A stretch of DNA of 64,000 nucleotides from positions 15,624,001 through 15,688,000 of the forward strand of contig NC_135759.1 in assembly GCF_052425735.1 (NCBI RefSeq). Reading direction: 5' to 3'. The translations under genes were made by a program, and so were the position numbers. Under the pieces are notes generated by a model. That model did not search any database, was not told the origin of the DNA, and was given only the letters and a program-made list of their open reading frames with translations. This DNA comes from Oculina patagonica (lineage: Eukaryota). This document shows, one piece after another, positions 14,286 through 26,485 of this stretch. Positions within the stretch are counted from its first letter, which is position 1. Every line of letters begins with the position of its first letter.

Positions 14286-15365
14286 ATGTCTTTAAAATTT
14301 CTACGATCAACTTCGAGTGTCATTGAATGTCAAGTCGTGCTTCTCGACAACTCGCAATTCATCGCAACATTTGATCAAAAGACAGTCCTGGGAAGCGATT
14401 TGTTTGATAAAGTCTGCGAGAAGGCACAAGTCCCTCCTTATTACAGACAGTACTTTGGTCTACAGTACATCGATCGTGAAGATGGTGATGTAGACTGGTT
14501 ACATATGGATAAAGAAATCCACCCTCGTCGAAAATCCAAACCGCTGTTGTACCAATTCGCTGTGAAAGTATTTCCGCGGGACCCCATTAAACTGGAGAAG
14601 GACATGCAAAAACTCATCTTGCTTCAGGTGAAAACGCTCATAAACAGAGGCAAGTTTTCCCTCCCCGTTAATGAGCACGCTTTGATCGATGGATTCTATG
14701 CGCAAGCCATGCTCGGTGATTTCAATTCCAAGCGCCACAAGCCAGGATATTTAGAAGATCTTTTAGGGTTATTCTACTGCCCACCCACAGGCATTAACTC
14801 TGACGGGAACATTAGCGAAGAGGATTACGAGGTGATGGTCAAAGATTTGCATAAATCTCATCGCGGGATGACCCGCGAGGAAGCAGTCTCGGCGGCCCTT
14901 GACATTTGCAAAGAATTAGAGAACTACGGGGCGTGGATGCACTATGGAGGAATTGATAGCAACGGCAATGAAGTAGTTTTCTGTGTTTCAATTGACGGAA
15001 TCCGCGTCTGTCAGTTGAAGAGCCGATTTCCTGAAGCCGGCGCAGTGTGTCACAACTTTCACTGGCGTGACATCATCTCGATGTTCTGTGATAACGCAAA
15101 GTTTTACATGTACGTCGCAGAGGCCAGAGATGAAGAGAGCATGACATCTCGTGTTTACCGCTTCAACAAAGGCTTATATGGCTACAAGGCTGCACGGCGC
15201 TTGCTGGTAGATGCGGAGAATCATCAAAAGTTCTTCTTTGAAGACAACCCTGAAAGAGCAACAATCATGAGAAGCCTCTCTGTGGAAGCGAAATCCATGA
15301 ACAGGGTTCGCACGGGATTGGCGGCTAAAATAAATCTCTCTGTTAGGAGAGCAACAATTAAGTAA
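14286..15365 (+). CDS. Intronless FERM-domain protein, paralog of the minus-strand gene, 359 aa
   Basis: Same FERM motifs (CQVVLLDNS, YFGLQY, FAVKVFP, AQAMLGDF, LHKSHRGMT, NYG, FHWRDI). Shares the VNEHA.[IL]DGF and GYLEDLLG.F..PP.GINSD blocks with the neighbour. Confidence 0.9.
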   Translation: MSLKFLRSTSSVIECQVVLLDNSQFIATFDQKTVLGSDLFDKVCEKAQVPPYYRQYFGLQYIDREDGDVDWLHMDKEIHPRRKSKPLLYQFAVKVFPRDPIKLEKDMQKLILLQVKTLINRGKFSLPVNEHALIDGFYAQAMLGDFNSKRHKPGYLEDLLGLFYCPPTGINSDGNISEEDYEVMVKDLHKSHRGMTREEAVSAALDICKELENYGAWMHYGGIDSNGNEVVFCVSIDGIRVCQLKSRFPEAGAVCHNFHWRDIISMFCDNAKFYMYVAEARDEESMTSRVYRFNKGLYGYKAARRLLVDAENHQKFFFEDNPERATIMRSLSVEAKSMNRVRTGLAAKINLSVRRATIK

Positions 15366-18300
15366 AGTATGTACTACTAATCAGTTACTTTTATTGAGGC
15401 CGTAGAGCAGAAGTTATAGCAAATTATCTTGAGTTTGTTCCCAAATCCCGTTAACTTCAGTAAAATATCGAGTGAGGTATTAACAACGTATATATGACTG
15501 AGTTTACAGCAGAGTTTATCAAGTTATACAATTATACTTTCATAGCTGAGATCACTTAACCAATATTTATAATAGCCTTCATACCCGATTGTGTAACCAT
15601 ACCGTTGATTGTATGTTTGTCAAAAGAAAGTTCAAGGCACGGTGCCCGTTTTTGTTATCATTTTTTCGAGTATTTTAGTGAGGCAAAAATGGTAATACTT
15701 GTATTTAGTGACGTTATTACCTGATACAAAAGTTTAAGCTCTTTCAGAGAACGCTTAAGTGATACAAAAGTTGAATAGCGGAAGTTTTTTTTTAAAAAAA
15801 GAACCCTGAGGTTCAGTTCTCTGAGAAAGCAAAACTTAAGTTTCTAATGAAAAAATTAAAAGCATTTTAGTATGGACTGTAGGAGAACTTACGAAACGTA
15901 TATTGATATTTTCTTTTCGAAAGTTTGGAGCTTTACTTGGTTTATGTGAAATATTGATCTTTCAGACTTAAGTTGGACCCTTTTTTTTTCTCACCCGCTT
16001 AATCGAAGGAAACGCAAAGCTTTTGTGAAATATAAATATGTTATATGATTTCAAAATTCAGAAAGTTATAAATAATAAAATAATTTCAAAACTGAGTTCG
16101 AATCGACCGAAGCTAAGTACGAACTGATTGAGTTCGAAACCCAAGTAGGAAAAGACCGTTTACCAAACAGAGGATGTTAAATATATTTTTAAGGTATTAT
16201 AAAGGAATTATCTATATGTTATTTGTACAACTGGTAAATAATTACTAATTATGAAAGCTTTCAAAGTGATTAAAGTATTGAATTCTCAGAAATCGGTTTG
16301 TTCAGTGCTATCTGTTATGATAAAAATAGGTCAAATTTAACAACACCGGGAAATGTTTTGCTGTCATAATTATTATGGAACGATATGTATGCCTTTTGTG
16401 TGATCCTAAATCTTAGTATATCCCGATGATAACTACATTCGCCTGCAAAACAGACTCAGCATTTTCCTCTCGTTTATTCTCTCTAAATGTCCATTCGTGC
16501 CGTGACGCGAGGCGCGAAGCGAGCGCGAAAAATATGTACTCACGCGCGAGCCTCGCGACTCGGGGACTGAAGAGGAATAATGGATATAAGAATAACGAAA
16601 ACTTTTGCGGCGTAGTAATGGAATAATGGTCCTAGTTTCGGGAATAACGGAGTAACGAAAGAAGAGTTTCCTTTGGAATAATCAGCGACATTATTCTGAG
16701 CAAATGTATTTTTTATTTGACTGATCAGAAGGGAATAATAATGGAAATTTGAGAGCAGGAAAAATAGAATGATAACAGTCAACACATCCCTCTTCAGTTC
16801 CCGACTCGCGACTGCCCATTGCATCGTAACATCCTGGTTCTTTTGTCCCCGATCCTTTTCGGAAGCCTCTCGCGCTAAAACATGTAATTTCTGACGTTTG
16901 AATGACATGAATATGAGTCAGAAATTCAATTATTGAATATTCGGCGGACGGCACGATTGAGAGGTTCGCGGGTTGACATGGGATGTTCGTGGAATATATT
17001 TGTTTTTTGGCGGGAGATTTTGATCATTCTAGGCCGGTCAGTCCTCCACCCTAGCTATTTCAGACCTCTAAAGTTAGTCCGGGGTACATGACCTCAGCTA
17101 ACCATGAATGGCTTCCATTTCGGTAAGCATTTGGGAAGGGCTTAAAATTTGCCAATTTTGATGCGGAAATTAGTTCCTTGTAAACAGCATACCCAATCAA
17201 TCATAGACCATAGTGAAAAGCATACCCTATTTTTGAACATTATTCTTAAACCAAATGGTCAAAATCTATACCCTATAGCTAATTCAGAAAATGACTCAAA
17301 ATTGCAAAAAGCACACGCTTTCGAGCAGCACATACCATATAGCTTATATAACGGACTTCTATCTCAGATAAGGGCTTTGGATCATATCCACGGGGCAAAG
17401 CCGCGTCCATCCACAGATTGCCCATTACTCTGACAATTGTATGGTGAAATTTGTGGGCAATTAGTTGTTACACGTATTAAAAACTTACGTCAATTTAGTT
17501 TGGTGTTTGTGTTTTTTAACAATAAAAATGCAAAAACGATCACGCATACATTTCAGACGAGAGAAAACGCTAGAGGTAAAAGAGCTAGAAAATATGAAGT
17601 TTAATTCTTTTGGCCAAAACAAGCTGAAAGACTTCCAACTACGTACAGTAACTACAAAAAAAATGTGCTAAGTGTTCTAACCGAGCCGAGGAGGACCTAA
17701 CCTGCGATCAGGTGTTCTAAATAAAAATAAAAAAATAAATGGTGTTTATAGTGGCCATGCACTTAGCTTCATATCTCTACGAGATAGCTAGTTTACAGGC
17801 ATGCCACTGAAACAGAGGAAACAAGATTGATAAGTAGGGAGGGAGGGCATGATCTCAGGTTAGGGAGGATCGTAATCAAAACCAGGCTTGGCAGTTGGCA
17901 CCGGTTGCATTTGCTTTGCCTGGCGTTCTGATTGGTTTAGTGCATCAGTATTCATGAAAGTTGTTGTGATTGCTCAAGATGAAACTGAAGGATATTGCTA
18001 AAGCGGAGAATGGGGAAAGGGAAAACTGAAATGGAAAATTAAAAATGGGAAAATATAAACTGTTGTCAACTGTAGATCAGAAATGAAATTCTTTCGTTAA
18101 TTTGGAATAAAATTTACACATACTTGAGCGGGGTGAGTAAAATTTATTGTGTTAAGCTGAATTTATTGTGTTAAGCATGGCAAGAGAAGGCATCTGTTAT
18201 AAGCGCCACAAATTAAAAACAGCATTGACGTCAAACCCTACAAAAAACATCGATAGAAAGTTTTTAAGAGAACTTGTAGATGTAAATAAGTTGAGCAATG

Positions 18301-19379
18301 TACCAGTTTTTAGCCTTTTAAAATTTTTATTTTATTTGATTTACAACAGGACGATTTCAAGGAAAACTCATCAATAATGTAACACCGTAATCGTATTTTC
18401 TATTCCTTCGTTCACTTCGCTTACACAAAACGGATGTAAAGTAAAAATAGTGGAAAGTCGTCTAAACATAAATCAGCTAAATCCTGAGGAAGACCTCAAG
18501 CTTACTTTCCTATCTCGATCATTTCCTAAATGACTTTACTTAGCTTTGTTATTTTTATAAAAAAAGATTTACCATTACTAATCGAATTGAAAATAAAACT
18601 TTCGTGTAATACTGACCAGATTATTGTGTTAGCTAATTTCAGTCTGGTGAGCTTTATATGGGGTTTCAGTAATTACGGCAATTCCCTTTCATGCACCTTG
18701 TGATGAAGATAAAACCTACAATTTTCATAATAAATATTTACGAAATAAAATTTCTACCTTAATTAAGTTTCATAGCTGGTTATTCTTTCAAACTTGGTTA
18801 TAAGCTGGAATCCTCGCAACCTATGCTTTGTTTCTTAATAAAATTTATAGTTTTTTTCTCCTTTTTAGTAAAATTGGCACAACTTACTGACGAAAGGGTA
18901 TAACTATTTCCCTAAAGGCTTCGAAGGATTAAAATTTTGGTTATTGCACGTTTGTGTCTGAAACGAGATAAATTATTCATTGCATGAAACGGAACAGAAA
19001 TGTGGTCAGTTTTTTGGGAAATATTTACGTTTCCCATCTTTGAATTTCGAGAATAAAAGGAATGCCAATTTTCCTTCGGTTATGAGGCATCGTAAAAATA
19101 AACCTATTACATTCTAAAATTGCGGGTAAATTGGAATATTACAGTAAGCAGCTGATTCCCTTTTGCTAAATGATCATTTTATGGTAAATGATCATTTTAT
19201 ATCACCAACCGATTTTTTTGCTAAGCAAAGTAAACTGTTCATGTTCCTTTTGCGAAACAACAAAAATGTCTAATAAAGCAAAAGATTGCTTTAACTTCTT
19301 TATGGGGAAGAATTTGTAACCACATGTACAGGAACATGAGTAATGATGCCGTACAGGTAAAATGACTTAAAGCAGACGA

Positions 19380-19386
19380 TATAAAA
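19380..19386 (+). promoter_or_regulatory. TATA box of gene A
   Basis: TATAAAA 104 nt before the ATG. The same spacing of about 95-106 nt occurs in paralogs C, D, F and G. Confidence 0.6.
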
Positions 19387-19483
19387 GTGGCACTGTAAAT
19401 TCAAAAGCAAAGATTTCGCGAACGGTATAAACAAAACTGAGCCAGGCAACTCTCAAGGGTGAAAGGACACTTAAACTATCAAA

Positions 19484-22400
19484 ATGCCAAGTAAGTTTTG
19501 TCGAATTTTATTTATGTCAGATAGAATTAACTAATACTTTAGGGCTCTTTGATGCCATGAATTTTGATATATTTTAAACTATGTTAAATAGCATTGATAA
19601 GCAACTATTCGGTATTTAAGGAATAGTATACTGGCTCTGAAAATTTATTGTGCAGACTAGAGAAGATGTCATTCACACTACATATTTTGCCAGAAAATTA
19701 TCTCCTGAAATAAGGGAGACACGGTGGCCTAATCGTTAGCGCACTGGACTCCGGATCGAATGGTCTGGGTTCGAGCCCTGGCCGGGGTCACGGGTGTTGT
19801 ACATGTGTTCTTGGGCAAGACACTTTACTCTCACAGTGCCTCTCTCCACCCAGGCGTATAAACGGGTAGAGGCAAAATATTGCTGTTGGTAACCCTGCGA
19901 TGGACTAACATTCCATCCAGGGGTATATATAAACACTCATGGTCGCTCCTAGTCGCTTGTTGCTATGTCATGGGGAAACCGGGATAAGCTCCGGCGGTCA
20001 GCCACTGAGCTCGACGCAGACTCTACCTTATCGCCTGAAATAAATACGTCTTTTTTCTCTGTTAGGATTTTTGAAAGCAGCACCAGCTCTATTGGTTCTC
20101 TTGTCTCTTGCGAACTGTTTACCTGTCGACAATCATCGATCGCCTCACTGCAAAGTCAGTAAAACAGCACAGAGCTTGATATGGCATTTATTACCAATGT
20201 CAATGACACTAGGAGGAAAGGTGTACAAGTCCTACACAAAAATAGTAAGTTTTTTTTACTTAATCACCCCAGACAGTGCTTTATTTCAAACATCCATTTA
20301 TCCTCCGGTCCGTCCTTTTCAGTCGTCAATCAGTCTGTCTCTCGGTCCGTCAGTCCGTCCAGCTCNNNNNNNNNNNNNNNNNNNNNNNNNNNNNNNNNNN
20401 NNNNNNNNNNNNNNNNNNNNNNNNNNNNNNNNNNNNNNNNNNNNNNNNNNNNNNNNNNNNNNNNNNNNNNNNNNNNNNNNNNNNNNNNNNNNNTGGTTGG
20501 TCATTCGCTTTTCTTACTTTCATTATNNNNNNNNNNNNNNNNNNNNNNNNNNNNNNNNNNNNNNNNNNNNNNNNNNNNNNNNNNNNNNNNNNNNNNNNNN
20601 NNNNNNNNNNNNNNNNNNNNNNNNNNNNNNNNNNNNNNNNNNNNNNNNNNNNNNNNNNNNNNNNNCGGATTGTCCGATATTTGGTACATCTCATATAAAA
20701 TTGATATCGTTCATCACGGTGTCCTGCAAACTTAATATTACTGTCTATTTTTTACCATATTCTTTAGTCTAACAAGTGGCTTGGAACAGCTGATCAATGG
20801 ACAGCAACCGACTTCTCGCTCTCTTTAGGTCCCCGACCACAAAATAGAACTGGATTGCAGGTAATGTTGATAATTTGTTTTATCCAATTTAATTTCACAA
20901 AAAAATGAAAAGCAAAAGGCAACATGCACATGATAACATTGAATGATCATACACAATAGCTGTTTTTTTTTTTTCATACAGAAACTTTAATTTTCAAAGA
21001 ATCGAAATTATCTGACAGAGGGGTTTGTCTCTCAGGAAATGAAATGATGAAAACCTATTTCTAGGGAATGCTATTTTTTCGTTCTATTGTCTCTTTGGGG
21101 GGCATCCAATATTAAAAATGTTGTCCTCAGTTTAAGTTTATAATCGGCTATCTCGTGAATGGGTTGTCTATATTTAATAGAATGTAAAATACCTCTCCTT
21201 CATTTTGTTCTCCATCTTATTCCATTTCATAAAAGTTGGCCCGTGACACACCTTAATAACTAATTCCCGTACCGTTTGTTTTCATGCAGTCTCGAGGTCT
21301 CCTTCTTGCTGATCACAACATTCTGAGTAGCTTCCTGTCCCTGATAAGAAATTCCACAGCCGAGTTTCAAAGATTTCCCAACGGCACAGCTGTCGTACAG
21401 CGTTTGACCAAATTGGAGGGCGAGCTGCGAGCCATGATAAGTATTTTGCGGAGGCTGGAGACAATTTTCAGTTTTGTAAGTACTGAATGTGTTCATTATT
21501 ACCTGTGTAACTCCTCAGCTATATATTCCCTGGTATACAGTAAAAACCCGCGAGTAAGAACCTAACATTTAAGAACCTGTTAGACCTCATTTTTGTATAT
21601 AAGAACTTGTTTAGCCTGAAATTTGAAAACAGGTTCTTATTTTCTATTTACTTTTGGGAAAATAAGTTTGGACAAGGCTTATACTGTACATGTATGCAAT
21701 GTCATGTTCTGAATGATTAGTGCTTCGTTTTTACATAAACACTTGTGTGCAAATTTTATACAAATAATAGACCAAATATCACTAAAAGTTCTATTAGCAA
21801 AAATATAAATTTTTCCTCATAAAATAAGAACCTATGATTCCCTAGTATTGCATTGCGCATCCTTACTGCGCAGAATTTTACGCGTAATGGGCGCGCGCAC
21901 ACAAACAAAATGGCCGCTTTCTATGCGGCTTGGTTCGCGAGAGAGATAAATCATCGTTTTCTCGTAAACGACGTAAACGAGTACGGTTACCTATCATTTT
22001 TTTCTCTTAGTTCGAGAGTAGTGATCAAATAAAAATAAATGAAGATCAATTTCTATGGCAGAATAATACATTATCAGCGAAAACGTGTACTTTGACAGTA
22101 CTCGCAAAGGAATTATTAAGCAATTATGTGGTATATACAAGGTCTTCCTTCTCCTAAACGAATTCGGTGACCCCCCTTTTTTATTTCAAAAATTTTTAAA
22201 GTTCCCTTAAGGTAATCAACAAACCGGCAAAGTTTGGTTGGAAATCTATGAGCAGTTCTATTTCACGTAAATTACCTTAAGTACCTAAATAGCCTTACTT
22301 TGTGTAAACTGCCATTTATGTAAGAACCTGTTTAGGTTAACCTGGAAAAACTAGGTTCTTACTCGCGGGTTTTTACTTTACTTAAAACGTAAGTACTTTA

Positions 22401-22882
22401 TTTCATAATATCGATATAAGATCTAGTGGTGCATGCTTCTCTATAGATTGTTATAAATTCGAACGGTTTTTCAAATCTCCTTGGTAACTGACGTAGAAGT
22501 AAGTCACATCGAAACATGTCTTACAAATTTAAAACGTCCTGATATTTCTAACATTTGCGAAATTTGCGTTTGATGAAGCTGAAAGGCCTTGCCAATTTGT
22601 AACGAGTTCAGGAAAATAATATCATCTCCACTTTTTTAGGGAACACAGACAAATGGGACTGCATTAATGGGATCTGTGACCAGCGGAAGTCACGTCACAG
22701 CAGTCATGCCCATGAGCACTTCTCACATCACTTCCCAGAACTCAACTCGACCCTCAAATTCTACTGTACCAACAATTCACAGCGTGGCGCTCCGTGTATC
22801 GCTGATTCTGGATGACCTGTATTCAAGCCTTCTTCAAATGGATGTCGATTTTAACAAGATGCGAAAGGCAAAATGCTTTTAA
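19484..22882 (+). CDS. Gene A: secreted four-helix cytokine-like protein, 5 exons, 235 aa
   Basis: Exons 19484-19490, 20066-20244, 20768-20860, 21290-21475, 22640-22882; all GT-AG, phases 1/0/0/0, frame open throughout. MPRFLKAAPALLVLLSLANC-LPVDNHRSPHCKVSKTAQSLIWHLLPMSMTLGGKVYKSYTKI|SNKWLGTADQWTATDFSLSLGPRPQNRTGLQ|SRGLLLADHNILSSFLSLIRNSTAEFQRF...LETIFSF|GTQTNG...IHSVALRVSLILDDLYSSLLQMDVDFNKMRKAKCF. The gene model is seen in the sequence; the cytokine call is inferred. Confidence 0.85.
19714..20027 (+). mobile_element. tRNA-derived SINE in intron 1 of gene A
   Basis: A box (TGGCCTAATCGTTAG) and B box (GGGTTCGAGCCC), body GTGTTCTTGGGCAAGACACTTTACTCTCACAGTGCC, and a 16-bp TSD TTATC[T/G]CCTGAAATAA at 19698-19713 and 20028-20043. 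Confidence 0.85.
20366..20665. other. Assembly gaps or masked runs of N in intron 2 of gene A
   Basis: Two runs of N, preceded by TCCG/TCAG microsatellite-like sequence. Confidence 0.9.
21538..22378. mobile_element. Tc1/mariner-type MITE with a nested dispersed repeat (intron 4 of gene A)
   Basis: TIR CAGTAAAAACCCGCGAGTAAGAACCTA with TA flanks. The internal segment at about 21840-22290 is homologous, inverted, to about 42655-43055. Confidence 0.75.
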
Positions 22883-23066
22883 TTAAGAGTGCATGAGATA
22901 AGAGTGTTTGATGAACACTTGAGAGCCGGGAAGATTCTTTAAGGTTTTATTTTTCGTTATTGCTTTCCTTCCATTTTCTTTGGGTGGAGAAATGCCAAAG
23001 ATGTATTTGCTTTTAATAGTTGCACGTAACTGTGAATTCAGGGTAAATTTGCAGATACAATATAGA

Positions 23067-23215
23067 AGTCGCGGTGGCACTGATGACTAGCGCGCTGGAC
23101 TCTGGATCGAGCGGTCTGGGTTCGAGCCCTAACTGGTGTCATTGTGTTGTGTTCTTGGGCAAGACATTTTACTCTCACAGTGCCTTTTTCCACCCAGGTG
23201 TAGAAATGGGTAAGT
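23067..23215 (+). mobile_element. Truncated copy of the tRNA-derived SINE
   Basis: GGGTTCGAGCCC B box and GTGTTCTTGGGCAAGACATTTTACTCTCACAGTGCC body matching 19714-19870. Confidence 0.8.
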
Positions 23216-24124
23216 TGTTTATGAAAAACTGCAATTTAAAATTATTTATGTTCCATTAAGTGGATAAAGAACTTTTTTCCAGATTTATTTTTGTATTCTA
23301 ATTTCTCAACGACTCTTAGATTTCTTACTTTGTAAATCTCGGCATTTTCAATTATGTTACCTTACTACACAACTGTTATCAAAGGACAAGTATATGGGCA
23401 AATTATCTTAGTGTAAGTAAGCAAGTATACAGTGTATACTTAATAGTTTCTCTGAATCAGAGAATATGCATAGTTCTGTAAAGTCGCATATCGAAGAGCT
23501 TTGCTGTGGTAAATAAAGCAAAACTACAAGTAAAATTTTTGTTGCATTAATGAAATATAGTTATATTTATATTTTAAAATAATATTACGTTTTATTCTAA
23601 TCATTGCATAGACTGCTTAAACTAATCTATTGTATAGGTATAGCCAACTAATTGTTGACGATATTGAATCGGCAAGCTTAGAATGCTGTATTACTTTTTA
23701 TGTTTATTAAAGAGCAAGAACGGGACAGAACTGTCTTTTTAATTAATTTGATTTCATAAATCATATTGATACGATACACGAGTGCGTTTGAAACTTCAAT
23801 TTGCTTTCTGTTGCCTTAAAATGCTATCTAAATGTTTCTAGGGAAAATATCTTCGTAAAAATTTGTGATATCTTGTTTGTGAATTGGAAAAAACTTTCTA
23901 GGCGCGTCACGACTGTGTTTGTTTACCTTTTGCAATTTTGTTCAAAAGAAACATTTTTTGTCACCATATTTTACCAAATCTTTTTAAAATGGCCAAGTAA
24001 AACCACAATTTGCCGTTTTGACTACAACTGGATCACTTCTAAGTAAAATGCGAACAAAATTTCCTCGTCACAACCAAGAAACCTTTGTTAGACCTACACT
24101 CAAGGTAATTTTCCAAAAACATAC

Positions 24125-24465
24125 TGAATTTCATCGTGTTCATGGCGCCTTTTTCACTCCCCTAAAATTCTTTTCCCTTTGCAAATTGTTACTTCTTTCA
24201 GCGTAAGTTTCACTTTCATAACTCAACGAAAAATTTGAATCTGATTTAGAGCTCGAACCGGATTCTCCCCGGCAAGGAACAGCATTTACTCCTAAATTTA
24301 ATCGTCTTGATGACGCCATATTAATTCACAATGAAATTCTTTTCCCTTTGCAAATCGTCACTTTTTTCAGTGCAAATTTCACTTTCCTAACTGAACTGTT
24401 AGCAAACTGAAGCTGATTTAAAACTCTAACCGGAATCTCCCCGGCAAGGAAGTCAATCTACTCCG
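24125..24465. repeat. Tandem duplication of about 169 bp containing ISRE-like and kB-like motifs
   Basis: Two diverged copies of AAATTCTTTTCCCTTTGCAAAT...TTTCACTTTC...AACCGGA[TT/AT]CTCCCCGGCAAGGAA, starting at about 24165 and 24334. Confidence 0.75.
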
Positions 24466-26055
24466 TTAAAAAAAATGTGAACGACAAATGGAACAGCCGT
24501 TTTCAAATAATGACTGTTTTTAACTTCAGAGAATGTCTTTGTAGGCATTAGACCAACTTCTACACCTATTATACTCGGTTTTTACTATCGAAAACAACGT
24601 CTATTTTTGCCCTTACCGTAAAGTTCCTTCCAGCAAGTACCCTTCGTCGTCTTCCTTGTTAAAGGTTGAAAATCCCCACACAGCAATCCCCTACACAATG
24701 CTTCCTTGTTTGTTATGGCAAGACATTTTTAGAAATACCAATTTCAATTGTATGGTCATCCGGAAGTCCCCATACGTAGCAACTATTCGCCCCTCCTGAT
24801 GAATCGGCCAAGAAACCATTGACACAGTTTAAGGTCTGAATCCATGGATTTCTTTCTTGAATGAATCCGTTCAATTGATCACGACTCCCAGAAACAAACT
24901 TTTGTCACTAAACGCGTAGCTAAACGAAACTTAAGTCAAACCGTTCGCAAGCAATTTCTTGTTGCAATGTTGAACTTGGGGAAATCCCATGACGGTATCT
25001 TTCTGAAACAAAATGCTGCTTCTTATGCCTTCAACAAAATAAAATATTTCCAATAATATGGAAATGTTTCTTTCATACTTCAACTTTGTGACATAAGCAG
25101 GTGCTTCAAGTTTCTGCGAAAAATCTTTCCGAGAAAAATTTTGTATTCAAATTATTCCCATTGTATATTGTACGTTCAATCTCCCATGGTAACGGAAAAC
25201 TAACACGCTCAAAGTGCTGATAAAAATCGCTCGTTTCTCTTTCTACTAGCGAGAAAATTTCGTTTTTGACTTATAAATAAATAAGAAAGATAACTACAGT
25301 TCAAGAAATAATTTTGTTGCAATATTTAAGCCAAGCGGTTATCATTATCGATTTAGAATAAATTTTAATTACGCCGTTATTGCAGAAGTATATGGTGTTG
25401 CAGTAAGAATTAGCTCTTCGACCTTCGATGTTTTTTATAACGGTGTTCATTGGCCTCGGCAGGCCGAAAAAAAAAATGTTGCTCTTGTTTGTAGCTTCCC
25501 CCTTTTCCACTAATATGCACTCTCGAAATTCTCCTCAGCAGCTCAGTTTAATGAATTTCACAAATACCTGACAAGAACGACGGTTTGTTATACTGATGAA
25601 ATACAGGAGTTGTTTCGGGGAATTGAAGGAGAATTATGAATATGGAACGCTCAGTTAAAATCGTAATAGAATATTGTTGTTGTTTTTTTATTTTATAAAC
25701 CAGGAATAATGGTTACCGACTGGTAACACAAAAAAATAATGATTATTATCGTTCTGAAAGTAGAGATTGAGCTATCGTGAATTTTGTTATGGTTAGAATT
25801 CCGCTTTTATTCCCCATGAAAAGTTATAACCAAAACTGAATTTCTGTTGATTTTAGTATTTGGTTTCCTTTTTCTTTCTATTTTTCTTTTTGCTTTGCTT
25901 TATAAGTGACTCTCCCTTACATGCCGCAGTTTAATTTACGTCTTCATCTATTTATTGTATGGAGCGTTTTATTGTTTACGACTGTATCACCGAGTCAGTG
26001 GAAAAATTTACAATGACACAGAAGAAAGCATTTCCTAAGTAAAGCGAAAAATATC

Positions 26056-26288
26056 TTACTTCATGCCAAGATGACACTTGTGCTATCAAAACGGACGTAC
26101 CTTTGCGCATGCCGGAGCAGCTGGACCGGAAATGGAGAGTAAAAGGGACTCTCCAAGATTTTTTCCCAAGTCATAACGCCAAAAATAAGTTACTTCATGC
26201 TAACATGACACTTGTGCTATCAAAATGGACGTACCTTTGCGCAGCTCGGGAGCAGCTGTACCGGAAATAGAGAGTAAAAGGGACTGTC
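26056..26288 (+). promoter_or_regulatory. Duplicated block of about 100 bp (period 134) directly upstream of the gene B TATA box
   Basis: TTACTTCATGC...GACACTTGTGCTATCAAAA.GGACGTACCTTTGCGCA...CAGCTG.ACCGGAAAT.GAGAGTAAAAGGGACT occurs at 26056 and 26190, followed by TATATATATAAAA at about 26296. Confidence 0.65.
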
Positions 26289-26485
26289 TGAGATTTATAT
26301 ATATAAAAAAACATATTGCTATATCGGAAAAAATGAGTCATATTCTTCGCTTTAAAAAAAGGAAAAGCCCGTCAGTTGGTTCATTTTTTACAACTTTGCA
26401 AAAGGCATAGAGGTTTGGAAAAACGACTGTGAAGCATTGTTTGAAATTTTCCTGAAGAAAACCGCAAACACTGAGTTGTATCAAC

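Noticed and set aside
10959-15365. FERM genes as JAK fragments
   Set aside because: The motifs (YFGLQ, WL, FAVKF/RFYP, LGDF, GMT..EA, YG) are band 4.1/PTPN-type, and no SH2-like or kinase sequence follows.
19714-19790. Possible tRNA gene
   Set aside because: A and B boxes are present, but the sequence continues into a SINE body with a TSD and a second copy at 23067; no convincing cloverleaf.
20071-20772. Long ORFs of up to 233 aa
   Set aside because: They read through runs of N. Only 20066-20244 is a real exon (gene A exon 2).
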